Assembly: GCA_041690295.1 (NCBI GenBank)
Contig: JAWLHR010000004.1
Coordinates: 114,031-178,030, forward strand
DNA length: 64,000 nt
Reading direction: 5' to 3'
From: Bdellovibrionales bacterium
GTDB taxonomy: Bacteria > Bdellovibrionota > Bdellovibrionia > Bdellovibrionales > UBA1609
Shown in pieces: positions 19,433 through 28,467 of this stretch. The notes below the pieces were generated by a model. That model worked only from the letters and a program-made list of their open reading frames with translations, was not told where the DNA came from and did not search any database. The position numbers and the translations under genes were made by a program. Every line of letters begins with the position of its first letter. Position 1 is the first letter of the stretch.

Positions 19433-20628
19433 TAATCGACTCTAGGAAACGTCATGGTCACAATGGTTCCGTGATCGACTTTGCTTTGAATGGAGAAGGT
19501 TCCCCCCATATTTTCAACATTTGCACGGGCATTGAAGACTCCGATTCCTGAACCGCTATCGCCGGCCTGCTTACCATAACTGATGGGCTCTTTGCCGAGT
19601 CGGCGTAGAATTTCTTCGGGAATGCCTTTTCCTGTGTCGCTAATAATCACGGCAATGTCCCGTAAGGAAGATCGTAGCGCTACCGTAATTTCGCCGGCCC
19701 CATTTAACGCTTCGACGGAATTGTTGATCAAATTGGAAAGTGATTGAGCATACATTTTCCTGTCTAACAGGCAAATGGCCTCTTTCGTATCGCCCTGAAC
19801 ACTCGATGTTATCTTGATTTTGGAATCCGCGGGTAATGAAGCTCGCTTTTCTAAAACCAGCTCCTGAAGAAAATCCGCGACTTTTACCGGGGTTAGAAGG
19901 TTTTTTTGCTTAAGAGCCTGGCCGGAAAACGGTTTGCTTTGGGAAGGCATCTTATATTTGGCCAAGAGGTCGTTGGCGATTTCATTAATTCGCTGAGCCG
20001 CGTTTTTCACGATGGATCGTTTTTCCTCGGGAAGGTCCTTAAGCGAGGCAATGACCATGTTCAGCGCGGACAAGGGAGATCGAATGTCATGAGAAACTTG
20101 GGTCGCCAGAGCGTTGAAAGCCTCTTTTTGCTCAATGCTCAACGAAAGATTATAATCGGCGATGAGTCGAGCCCGCATGCGTTTTGAGAGAAAGTGCATC
20201 ATAAATCCGCTGAGCAGGACGGCGACAATCGAAACGAACACAAAAAACGTGAGATCGAGGCCGAACTCGATGGAACCGATCTTTTCACGAAAGGTCTCTG
20301 GTTGAGCGTCAATGACGAACGCGCTTTGTAAAAGCGGCTTCTTGTACAGAGGAGGGACGGTCAATGACTCTCGTCCGTCCGCGCTGATATAGCGAATGTA
20401 GGTGAAATGGGAGCTTACACTTAAACTGATCTCGATCATGGCGCTTCGATAGTCGCCCTTAATGAGATTCGGATGTGATTGTGTCACGGCGATTGACGCC
20501 AGTTGTTTTTTGAACGAATGAAAAAGCCAAAAGCCGGCGCCAACGCCCGAGAGCGTGAGACAAAGAAAGTAAATCCTGAGATTGAACTCCGCTTTCTTTA
20601 TTGTTCTCTCGATGTTTTGAACGCTCAT
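19432..20628 (-). CDS. Membrane sensor histidine kinase
   Basis: Two TMs flanking a periplasmic domain; H-box SHDIRSPL, N-box NLINNSVEA, DTGKGIP, GSGIG. Confidence 0.92.
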   Translation of the reverse strand: MSVQNIERTIKKAEFNLRIYFLCLTLSGVGAGFWLFHSFKKQLASIAVTQSHPNLIKGDYRSAMIEISLSVSSHFTYIRYISADGRESLTVPPLYKKPLLQSAFVIDAQPETFREKIGSIEFGLDLTFFVFVSIVAVLLSGFMMHFLSKRMRARLIADYNLSLSIEQKEAFNALATQVSHDIRSPLSALNMVIASLKDLPEEKRSIVKNAAQRINEIANDLLAKYKMPSQSKPFSGQALKQKNLLTPVKVADFLQELVLEKRASLPADSKIKITSSVQGDTKEAICLLDRKMYAQSLSNLINNSVEALNGAGEITVALRSSLRDIAVIISDTGKGIPEEILRRLGKEPISYGKQAGDSGSGIGVFNARANVENMGGTFSIQSKVDHGTIVTMTFPRVD

Positions 20629-20630
20629 GG

Positions 20631-21563
20631 CTAGCCTATAAAATGAGGAAGTGAATTGGGTTTGAAGCCGCAGTCGTATTCGATCAAATCACGATGCGAG
20701 ACCTGCACAACGCTCATCCGATCTCTTAGGTCTTCCAGGATGTCGGGAATTTTGAGTTTTCGAACATCGAAGTCGTCCAAACGGAACGGTCTTTTTTCAC
20801 GGAAATCAGGTCCATCCATTTGAGCATCGGGAAAAAGGTGGCGGATTTGTCTGACGTAATCGGGATCCAAACCGAGGAGTCCATGGTGAATCGGTTGCCA
20901 GCTCGATAGCGATCGGAATTCGGTCAAACTTACGGCCTGGACGGGTCTCGATGAAAATAAGAGCGGAAAGTTTTGAACGCACTCGAGGATCGCCTTTGTG
21001 GCAGCGCTCTCCCGGCTTTGGGCCGAGCCAAAACCGAAGATATATTTTTCGACTCCCTTGCCATCTGACCTTTTGGCGACGCAAATGAGAACTTCGCATT
21101 GTTGAAAAAGGCTCTCAGCTCGATAAATAGATACTGACACGTTTCGCTCGCGGCACTTATCCAGGAAAAAGCCAAAGGCCTTATCCGTCGGTTGCAAGTT
21201 TTGTAGCTTATATGGAATGCCATCATTGAAATGGGCGAGGACCGCATCGCGCTCGATGGCCTCGAGCGCCGCGTTGATAATGGCTTGGTCCTCATCGAAA
21301 TGCGCGGCAATTCCACTCAAAGATTTCGATTTCGAACGATGCAAAGTGATTCGCTCAAACATCTCAATTAATGATTTGCCCACGGCGCGCTCGTCAGTTT
21401 CGGCCACGGATCGGCCGACGATCTCAACCCCGGAATCGGCACAAATGGCGCGAACGTCAAAATAACCCGGAAGCCAATCTTTTATATAAGTGAGATTCTC
21501 GAATCGAAGATTGATCTTTCGTTGAGCCAGCGCCCAATTTGTCAGTTCTTCGAAATTTTCCAT
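20631..21563 (-). CDS. YcaO-family protein
   Basis: KSLIEMFER, SGIAAH…AALEAIERDA, GFGS…AATKAILECVQ motifs; C-terminal PHFIG. Confidence 0.8.
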   Translation of the reverse strand: MENFEELTNWALAQRKINLRFENLTYIKDWLPGYFDVRAICADSGVEIVGRSVAETDERAVGKSLIEMFERITLHRSKSKSLSGIAAHFDEDQAIINAALEAIERDAVLAHFNDGIPYKLQNLQPTDKAFGFFLDKCRERNVSVSIYRAESLFQQCEVLICVAKRSDGKGVEKYIFGFGSAQSRESAATKAILECVQNFPLLFSSRPVQAVSLTEFRSLSSWQPIHHGLLGLDPDYVRQIRHLFPDAQMDGPDFREKRPFRLDDFDVRKLKIPDILEDLRDRMSVVQVSHRDLIEYDCGFKPNSLPHFIG

Positions 21564-23086
21564 AAAGGTGAATTGGGGAACAAAATCGAAAAGTCAGCAC
21601 GCCATGGCTTGCGAATAACTGACACATAGGGGGTTCGTAAAATGGGAATGATCACCGGATTTAGCAAGCTTTCGAGGTGGAGCTGTTTAAGAGCTTGAAG
21701 TCGTTGTTCCTCGTCCGTCAAATAAAGGTATTTCTCGATCCACAACTCACGTTCCTGCTCCGTCGTGCCGAGAAAACCTGATTTTAAGCTGTTTATGACA
21801 TTCGGAAGTTGCTCAAGAAACCCGGTATCCATGGAAACGATGTAAAGATGGGGATATTCAGGCGCATCAACATTTGAATCGTACGAGGGAAGCCTCTTTA
21901 GTTGTACGATCTGAATGCCCGGTAGAATTTCCTGAACGACAGGCCGCATGCGATCGAAGTTACGGGCAAAGAAGCCGAGCACAAGCTCTGATCCGTCCTC
22001 GTGTTTTGGGACCGGTGTTTTTCGCTTTTCGAGGACAGCGCTTAACTGCTCGTCCGTAAGACTTCCTTTCCCGCCCTCGGGAAAATACTGGTAGGTCGAT
22101 TGATAACCGGTTCTCCCGCCAAAAACGGATGCGAGTTGATTGGCCACGGCGTTTCCAACCGCCCATCGGCGATCTGATGACAATTGGAGACCTTTTTGCG
22201 TGAAAACCAAGAGCTCAAGCCGCACGGGGAGAGTTTGAAAAAGCGTGGCCTCATTTGAGTCGCGATATTTGTCGATACGCTCACTGATGTCGGTTTGATC
22301 CAACGTACTGAGCAGATCGATTTGACCCGACTCAAATAGTTCAAGACCCGACTTCGAGGATTCGCGCGTGGGAATAAAAACCGGATTCTGTGGAATATCT
22401 TGCGAATAGAGGAAGTGCCGGGGGTTCGCGCGAAGCACAATGGCGCCGTCACTCCGGCGTTCTTTAACAGAGTAGACGCCGGACGTAATGGATAGATTCA
22501 AAGATCTGAGATCGTTGGGATCCACCGAGCGCTTGGGGATTACGGCAAAATCGATGGAGCTGAAGTTTTCGAAGATGGTGAAGGTTTTCTTGCTCGGTTT
22601 TAATCTAAGCTTGCCGTCCACAATGCGGATTCCAGCACATTGATCGTTCACGGACTTGGGTTGGCTATCCGGACAAATCAGTTTCTTCAAATCGCCGTGC
22701 GTGCTTGATCCCAGCACAAGCAATCGCATCAATGAAAAGTAGGCGTCCTCGACTGTGATCTTTTGTCCCTCGGAATCAACTAAATCCTTGTTGATTTCAA
22801 ATTCGATTTCATCATCGACCCAATAGAATTTCGACGCGGCTCCGGGAATGAGTCGGCCGAGATTGTCTCGCAACAAAAGGGGAATATACAGATTCTCTAA
22901 AAAAGCATACTGTCCGGCGACTTGAACTCGAGCGGGATCGAACTCGGAAAGGGAAGTCTCATAAGGGAATCCAACTTTGAACTCGTGAACATTTGAAGGG
23001 ACGGTCATGAGATAACCTCTGAGGCTAAAAAAAATGGCACTCAGAATGAAGAGTGCCATTGTTGCTAGAAAAAACTTAATGTTCAT
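21542..23086 (-). CDS. Family-5 (OppA/DppA-like) solute-binding protein, membrane anchored
   Basis: FDPA, NLYIPLL, LIPGAA, DSEGQKITVEDAYFSL, TSGVY, LRANP; N-terminal hydrophobic anchor. Confidence 0.8.
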   Translation of the reverse strand: MNIKFFLATMALFILSAIFFSLRGYLMTVPSNVHEFKVGFPYETSLSEFDPARVQVAGQYAFLENLYIPLLLRDNLGRLIPGAASKFYWVDDEIEFEINKDLVDSEGQKITVEDAYFSLMRLLVLGSSTHGDLKKLICPDSQPKSVNDQCAGIRIVDGKLRLKPSKKTFTIFENFSSIDFAVIPKRSVDPNDLRSLNLSITSGVYSVKERRSDGAIVLRANPRHFLYSQDIPQNPVFIPTRESSKSGLELFESGQIDLLSTLDQTDISERIDKYRDSNEATLFQTLPVRLELLVFTQKGLQLSSDRRWAVGNAVANQLASVFGGRTGYQSTYQYFPEGGKGSLTDEQLSAVLEKRKTPVPKHEDGSELVLGFFARNFDRMRPVVQEILPGIQIVQLKRLPSYDSNVDAPEYPHLYIVSMDTGFLEQLPNVINSLKSGFLGTTEQERELWIEKYLYLTDEEQRLQALKQLHLESLLNPVIIPILRTPYVSVIRKPWRADFSILFPNSPLWKISKN

Positions 23087-23098
23087 TTGAAAGCGAAC

Positions 23099-23263
23099 TT
23101 ACCTCTCTCCAATTCCAGGAGTATAGGTGCCGATTTCGTCTGGCCTATCCGTCAATAAATCCGCATTCTTGAGCTTCTTGATCACATTTCCATCCTGAGA
23201 ATCAGCGGCATGTGCTGTAGCAAGTCCAAGGATCGTTCCCAGCAAAACTAACAATGCCTTCAT
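23099..23263 (-). CDS. Small secreted peptide (54 aa), candidate RiPP/signal precursor
   Basis: Below the ORF-track cutoff. MKALLVLLGTILGLATAHA-ADSQDGNVIKKLKNADLLTDRPDEIGTYTPGIGER; AGGAGG RBS; stop 12 nt before the SBP start. Confidence 0.85.
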   Translation of the reverse strand: MKALLVLLGTILGLATAHAADSQDGNVIKKLKNADLLTDRPDEIGTYTPGIGER

Positions 23264-23310
23264 TATGTCCCTCCTGCCAAACGATGAACTGGTCAGATAA
23301 TCTATAGTTA

Positions 23311-23327
23311 AGCAAAGCTAAGGCCAA
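23311..23327 (-). promoter_or_regulatory. sigma-54 promoter of the peptide operon
   Basis: Minus strand TTGGCCTTAGCTTTGCT (GG-N10-GC), about 48 nt upstream of the peptide ATG. Confidence 0.6.
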
Positions 23328-23449
23328 CAAATCAACCGGCATTAAGCAAATGCTTGTCCGATAAAGGCTTCCAAGTTTTAGGATTTTGGTCTCAATTTGA
23401 AGACGAGTTAGCGATGTGTCGAATTCGATTATGAAAAAATAACAAGGTT

Positions 23450-24934
23450 TTAAAAATCTTTTCTCCCATCCAATTGGAGTTCATACTCGGTCACCTGTGT
23501 CGTCTTGGCTTCGCCTTTCCAGGTGTAGCTGTTGCCGTTCGGGGTGAACCCAAGTTTCCGCCAAAAACCGCTGACGTCGTTTTCTTCGGAAATTCCCAAT
23601 TGGATTTTTTCGATTTTGTAGGTTCGTTTCAAGAAATCGGCGATCAGCTCAAAAGAACGGCGGCCCAATCCTTTACCGAAAACGTCCTCAACCAAGAGCA
23701 GCAGTCCGATGTAGGCCACACCCTCCTGGGGATGATGGACATGAACGTCGGCGGCGCCGATCGGTTTTCCTTCATGTTCGATGATCATGAAGGTTTTCCG
23801 ATAGGCGGCGACTTTTTCTTTCGGCTCCAGGGTCATCTCGGTCTTGACCGTGTGTTCGCTCGGCTCGCAGCCATCGACTTTGCGAAAATACTCCGGAGAT
23901 CTTTTGAAAATCTCAAGAACGGTGGCCGCATCCTCGGGCGTGGCGAAACGCACTCTGAGGTGATCGGGAGGACGAGCGGGCGGGCGACCGTTGTGTGGGC
24001 CCATGGGTACATCCTTGGGCGCGTCCTCCCACAGCCAGCCGCGATCCTTGCCAACCAGGTTACGGAAGGTCTCCGTCGGATAGATGAATTTATCGTCTTT
24101 TGTGCGGGAGTGATCTTCGCCGATGATAAGGTAAAGGAGATCCGAATCGGTTTCATTGATAATGGTGTGCGCGATGTTGGTCCCCGCCGGAAAAACCACG
24201 CCGGTGCCGGCCTTGGCCTCGCACGTGTACCCATTCATCCAGATCGTGGCCGTTCCGGAAAGGATGAAAACAAATTCTTCTTCGATTTTATGAGCATGGG
24301 GGAAGGAGGATCTATGCCCGGGAGCGAGTTTTTCCACGCCAATGCCGAGCGCGCTCAACCCCATTTTCTCATTTAAACGAGCCCAGTGCGTGAAGGACTC
24401 TGTATCGCCGGGATAGGTCCCGGGGCCTTCGAATTCAAGTCGATTGCAATCAATGATAAACGAGGGCCATTCGCGGCCTTTTTCCTCAGGAAGAACCGGG
24501 CCGGGTTTACCCTTGTGCGGTCCCAGCTTTCGTTTCGGAGCGGACTCCCACCATATGGGAGAGGTTTCCCGCTGCTCCGGATTCACGGGAAAAGCGCAAA
24601 GGTTTTCTCTCTTCGTTTGCTCGCCCGCCACAAGAAGACGGACCGGGCGATCCGTGTTGTTGATGAAACAATGTCCAATCCCGGTTCCCGCCGGAAATCC
24701 CACCGCGCACAAGGGATGAAGACTGTGGATGTAGCCGTCGATCCAGACATCCGGATGACCTTCCAGGACGAAGACGAACTCCTCTTCCAAACTTTCGGCA
24801 TGAGGAAGCGAGGACTGGCTGCCCGGTTCCAAGATTTGGTGGTGGAGGCCCACCCGCCGGAATCCTCCAAGCTCGCTGAAGCTGAGCGCCTTGTCCGCCG
24901 GGACAACGTATTTTGTGTAAGGATTTTGATTCAT
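23450..24934 (-). CDS. Tandem cupin-cupin-GNAT acetyltransferase fusion protein
   Basis: Two repeats (PGSQSSLPHAESLEEEFVFVLEG / PGHRSSFPHAHKIEEEFVFILSG), then GNAT motif A (FGKGLG) and FWRKLGF. Confidence 0.8.
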   Translation of the reverse strand: MNQNPYTKYVVPADKALSFSELGGFRRVGLHHQILEPGSQSSLPHAESLEEEFVFVLEGHPDVWIDGYIHSLHPLCAVGFPAGTGIGHCFINNTDRPVRLLVAGEQTKRENLCAFPVNPEQRETSPIWWESAPKRKLGPHKGKPGPVLPEEKGREWPSFIIDCNRLEFEGPGTYPGDTESFTHWARLNEKMGLSALGIGVEKLAPGHRSSFPHAHKIEEEFVFILSGTATIWMNGYTCEAKAGTGVVFPAGTNIAHTIINETDSDLLYLIIGEDHSRTKDDKFIYPTETFRNLVGKDRGWLWEDAPKDVPMGPHNGRPPARPPDHLRVRFATPEDAATVLEIFKRSPEYFRKVDGCEPSEHTVKTEMTLEPKEKVAAYRKTFMIIEHEGKPIGAADVHVHHPQEGVAYIGLLLLVEDVFGKGLGRRSFELIADFLKRTYKIEKIQLGISEENDVSGFWRKLGFTPNGNSYTWKGEAKTTQVTEYELQLDGRKDF

Positions 24935-25109
24935 AGGTGTCGAGTAAAAGCTCAAAATAAGACATTAAACAAGGGGAAAATCCCGGCTCGGCGTCTCAGC
25001 CTGAAACAGGCGCTTCTGGCCATGCCTCAAAACGGGATTGAACTGGAATTTTGTCAAGTTCGTTTGAACAGTCTCCGATTAGTACGATGTCTATTGGGGA
25101 GAATGTATA

Positions 25110-25766
25110 GTGGCATGGGACGATATCCCTGACTGGTCTGTGCAGGTCGCCGAAGAACTACTCGCACAAGTCAAAGAAAAAGACGCGTTTACATTTTTCC
25201 ATTGTTGTCGTGTCGGACGTCGTTCGCGAAAGTTGGCGAAGGCCATCGGACTCAATGAATTCGAGCAGTCGGTGATCGAGTTCGCGGGACTCTTTCACGA
25301 TATCGGCAAAGCCAAAATTCCACTGGAAATCCTCACTAAACCCGGCCGCTTGAACGCGAGTGAAATCGAAGTCATGAAGTCCCATCCGGAACTGAGCGCC
25401 GATATGATCAAACATTTGAGCCACGTTCCTTTCTTCCGGTTCATGTTACCGGGTGTGCGTTATCATCACGAAAAAATCGAGGGATCCGGTTACCCCAACG
25501 GACTGGCCGGAGACGCGATTCCGCTCTTCGCCCGAATCATCGCCGTGGTGGACAGCTTCGATGCCATGACCCATGCGCGACCGTACCGCAACGCTCTTCC
25601 CGAGGAAAAAGCCATTAAAGAACTCAAGGATTTTTCCGGACGTCAATTCGACGCGAAGTTGGTGAACTACTTCCTCGAACTGATGCCTCATCTGAAACGT
25701 GAAGACGAGAAAAATCAGCACGACAAAGAAGTCGTGATCGCTCACCTCATCAAAAAAGCCGCTTAA
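25110..25766 (+). CDS. Stand-alone HD-GYP phosphodiesterase
   Basis: HDIGK, HHEKIEGSGYP, ARIIAVVDSFDAMT, RPYR. Confidence 0.9.
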   Translation: MAWDDIPDWSVQVAEELLAQVKEKDAFTFFHCCRVGRRSRKLAKAIGLNEFEQSVIEFAGLFHDIGKAKIPLEILTKPGRLNASEIEVMKSHPELSADMIKHLSHVPFFRFMLPGVRYHHEKIEGSGYPNGLAGDAIPLFARIIAVVDSFDAMTHARPYRNALPEEKAIKELKDFSGRQFDAKLVNYFLELMPHLKREDEKNQHDKEVVIAHLIKKAA

Positions 25767-26740
25767 TTCCCGCTCATCCAGCGCAAAACGTCGGGCGTGT
25801 GATAACTGAAGATCATGGTCGCGCCCGCACGGCGAATGGAAAGCAGAATCTCATGGACCGCGGCTTTTTCATCGATCCAACCGTTTTGCGCGGACGCTTT
25901 GACCATGGCGTATTCGCCGCTCACATTGTAAGCCGCGATCGGTAAATCGGAAAGTTCACGAAGACGGCGAATGATATCCAGATAACTGAGCGCGGGTTTA
26001 ACCAATAAAACATCGGCGCCTTCGTCCTGGTCCAGGCGAGCCTCACGTTCGGCTTCCAAGGCGTTGGCCGGGTTCATTTGATAGGTTTTCTTATCACCAA
26101 ATCGGGGCGCGCTCCCCAGCGCATCACGAAAGGGTCCGTAAAACGACGACGCGTACTTCGCGGTGTACGAAATGATTCCGGTCTCGGAAAATCCGGCTTC
26201 ATCCAATTGCTCCCGGATGTAACCCACGCGGCCGTCCATCATATCGCTGGGAGCCACGAAATCCGCTCCGGCTTCGGCCTGAACGCGGGCCTGCTCGCCG
26301 AGAACAAGCAAAGTTTCATCATTTAAAATTTTTCCGTTCTTAACGATGCCATCATGTCCCTCGGAGGAATAGGGGTCGAGGGCCACGTCCGTGATCACGT
26401 TCAAGTGGGGGAACTCGGATTTGATCTTACGAACGGCGCGGGGAATGAGGCCATCAGGATTGGCGGCCTCACTGGCCTTGGCGTTTTTCAAATTGTCGGC
26501 GATGCGCGGAAAAAGCGCCAGAGCGCCAAGCCCCATGGCGCTCAGACGGTCGCAGTCGCGAAGAAGCTCATCCACGCTCACGCAGTCGCAGCCGGGAAGG
26601 GATTTGATCGGCTCGCGTCCGTTTTCTTCTTTGATGAACGCCGGCCAGACCAAATTTTTCGCGGTGAGTGAGGTTTCTTCGGTCATTTCGCGAATGGCGG
26701 CGTTTTTTCGTAACCGGCGGGGACGTTCAACAATTTTCAT
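25763..26740 (-). CDS. hemB: Porphobilinogen synthase
   Basis: RPRRLR, DVALDPY, APSDMMDGR, FYGPFRDA, VKPA, YNVSGEY. Confidence 0.97.
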   Translation of the reverse strand: MKIVERPRRLRKNAAIREMTEETSLTAKNLVWPAFIKEENGREPIKSLPGCDCVSVDELLRDCDRLSAMGLGALALFPRIADNLKNAKASEAANPDGLIPRAVRKIKSEFPHLNVITDVALDPYSSEGHDGIVKNGKILNDETLLVLGEQARVQAEAGADFVAPSDMMDGRVGYIREQLDEAGFSETGIISYTAKYASSFYGPFRDALGSAPRFGDKKTYQMNPANALEAEREARLDQDEGADVLLVKPALSYLDIIRRLRELSDLPIAAYNVSGEYAMVKASAQNGWIDEKAAVHEILLSIRRAGATMIFSYHTPDVLRWMSGN

Positions 26741-27333
26741 GATCGACTCCAGATTTGAGGTAAGTGCAGGCCCAGTTCTTTTAATGCTTTCGTCAACGCG
26801 ATTAAAGGCAATCCTTTAATGGCGCTCGGATCCGAACATTCCATGGACTCAATCAGAGCGAGTCCGGCTTTCTCGATCTTAATGGCTCCGGCGCAGTCAT
26901 AGGGTTCATCTTGTTTGAGATAGCTCACGATTTCACCCTCGCTCAGTTGGCGCAATTTTATCAGGGTGATTTCCGTGTGGGTCACGCTTTTCAGGGGGCT
27001 GATCACCGCAAGCGACGTGATCAAACGATGGTTTTTGCCTTGAAACCTTTTGAGTTGTTCAAGGGCTTTCTCGAAGGTCCCCGGTTTGTCCAAACGTTCA
27101 CCTTCAACTTCGGCGATTTGATCACTGCCGATAATGATGGCCTTGGGAAATTTCCCGCGCAGGCTTTCGGCTTTTTTAAGGGCTAAAAAACGCGTGAGTT
27201 CCACCAAGTTGGCGGGACCTTGAGACTTCAATTCGGCTTCATTGACGAGCGGATTCTCGACTTGAAATGAAATTCCGAAATTCTCGAGCAGCGATCTTCG
27301 ATAAGGGGAACGGCTGGCCAGTATGACTTGCAT
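26737..27333 (-). CDS. maf: Maf family nucleoside triphosphate pyrophosphatase
   Basis: ILASRSPYR, IGSDQ, KPG, DCAGA. Confidence 0.9.
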   Translation of the reverse strand: MQVILASRSPYRRSLLENFGISFQVENPLVNEAELKSQGPANLVELTRFLALKKAESLRGKFPKAIIIGSDQIAEVEGERLDKPGTFEKALEQLKRFQGKNHRLITSLAVISPLKSVTHTEITLIKLRQLSEGEIVSYLKQDEPYDCAGAIKIEKAGLALIESMECSDPSAIKGLPLIALTKALKELGLHLPQIWSRS

Positions 27334-27414
27334 GCCGAAACCGTAATCAAAAAGCCAAAGCGTGTCAAAATTTACTCTTTTGACCGTCGATCAGGTCCGT
27401 GACAACTTGAAATT

Positions 27415-28467
27415 ATGTCCTACGTTCATGATCTGAGCCCTTTCGCGATTCAGTTTACTGAAAATTTCGGCATACGCTGGTACGGGCTGGCCTATCTCGC
27501 GGGATTCATCTGCGGTTATTACGCGATTCTGTTAAAAACCCGCTGGGGGCAGACCCAGTTCAAAGAGGCGCAAGTCGCGGACTTCATCACCTATGTGGCG
27601 ATCGGCGTGCTGGCCGGCGGCCGCCTAGGTTATTGTCTGTTCTATGCGCCCGAGCTGTTCACCTCGATCGATGGGAATTTTCCCTACTGGAGCGTTCTCA
27701 AGGTGAACGAGGGCGGCATGGCCAGTCACGGCGGGATCTTCGGCGTGATGGTTGTTTGTTGGCTCTATGCCCGCGCCAATAAAATGTCTTTCCTTCATTG
27801 TCTGGATCTCACGGTTTTCGGCGGTTCCTTGGGATTTTTCTTCGGTCGGCTGGCGAATTTCGTGAACGGGGAACTCTTTGGTCGCGAAGCGCCTTCGGGA
27901 TTCGCTTGGGCGGTGAAGTTTCCCCAGGAAATGGTGCTTTGGCTGCAACGGGAATTTCACCGGTTGAGGGATTTAGGGCCGGCGGTGGAACAACTCAAAA
28001 CCCTGTCCGAGCCGAATGGAACCGTGGATTTGACGGCGTCACGATGGCAGCTTTGGCTTGATAACTATGCCACTGATCCAGTGGCCCGCAATCGGGTGAG
28101 TGCCGTGATCGATTCCTTGATCCACCAGGTGCAGGCGGGGAATGAAGCGGTGAAAAACGCTTTGGCTCCGGTCTTAACCGCGCGTTATCCATCACAGCTC
28201 TTTCAAGCGGTGCTCGAGGGACTGTTGGTCTTTATTATCCTGTGCTGGATTTGGCGAAAGCCGCAAAAACCTGGCGTGGTCGGGGGATGGTTCGGCGTTC
28301 TTTACTGTTTGGCGAGGATCATCGGCGAGCAGTTCCGCATGCCTGATGCGCACATCGGATTTCAATGGCTGGGGCTGACTCGTGGGCAGTGGCTCAGCGT
28401 GGCTTTCTTCACCTTCGCCCTTGGCTATCTGATTGTGGCTTACCGCCGCGACACCAAGAAAATGTAG
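27415..28467 (+). CDS. lgt: Prolipoprotein diacylglyceryl transferase
   Basis: IRWYG, GGRLGY, GGMASHGG, GRLANFVNGELFGR, YPSQL. Confidence 0.95.
   Translation: MSYVHDLSPFAIQFTENFGIRWYGLAYLAGFICGYYAILLKTRWGQTQFKEAQVADFITYVAIGVLAGGRLGYCLFYAPELFTSIDGNFPYWSVLKVNEGGMASHGGIFGVMVVCWLYARANKMSFLHCLDLTVFGGSLGFFFGRLANFVNGELFGREAPSGFAWAVKFPQEMVLWLQREFHRLRDLGPAVEQLKTLSEPNGTVDLTASRWQLWLDNYATDPVARNRVSAVIDSLIHQVQAGNEAVKNALAPVLTARYPSQLFQAVLEGLLVFIILCWIWRKPQKPGVVGGWFGVLYCLARIIGEQFRMPDAHIGFQWLGLTRGQWLSVAFFTFALGYLIVAYRRDTKKM

Noticed and set aside
18455..19441. Target-site duplication of the IS
   Set aside because: The flanks ACGACCTAG and TAATCGACT are not direct repeats.
23474..25132. Long plus-strand ORFs (300 aa, 248 aa) and similar antisense ORFs across the window
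   Set aside because: They lie opposite well-supported genes and show no recognisable motifs.
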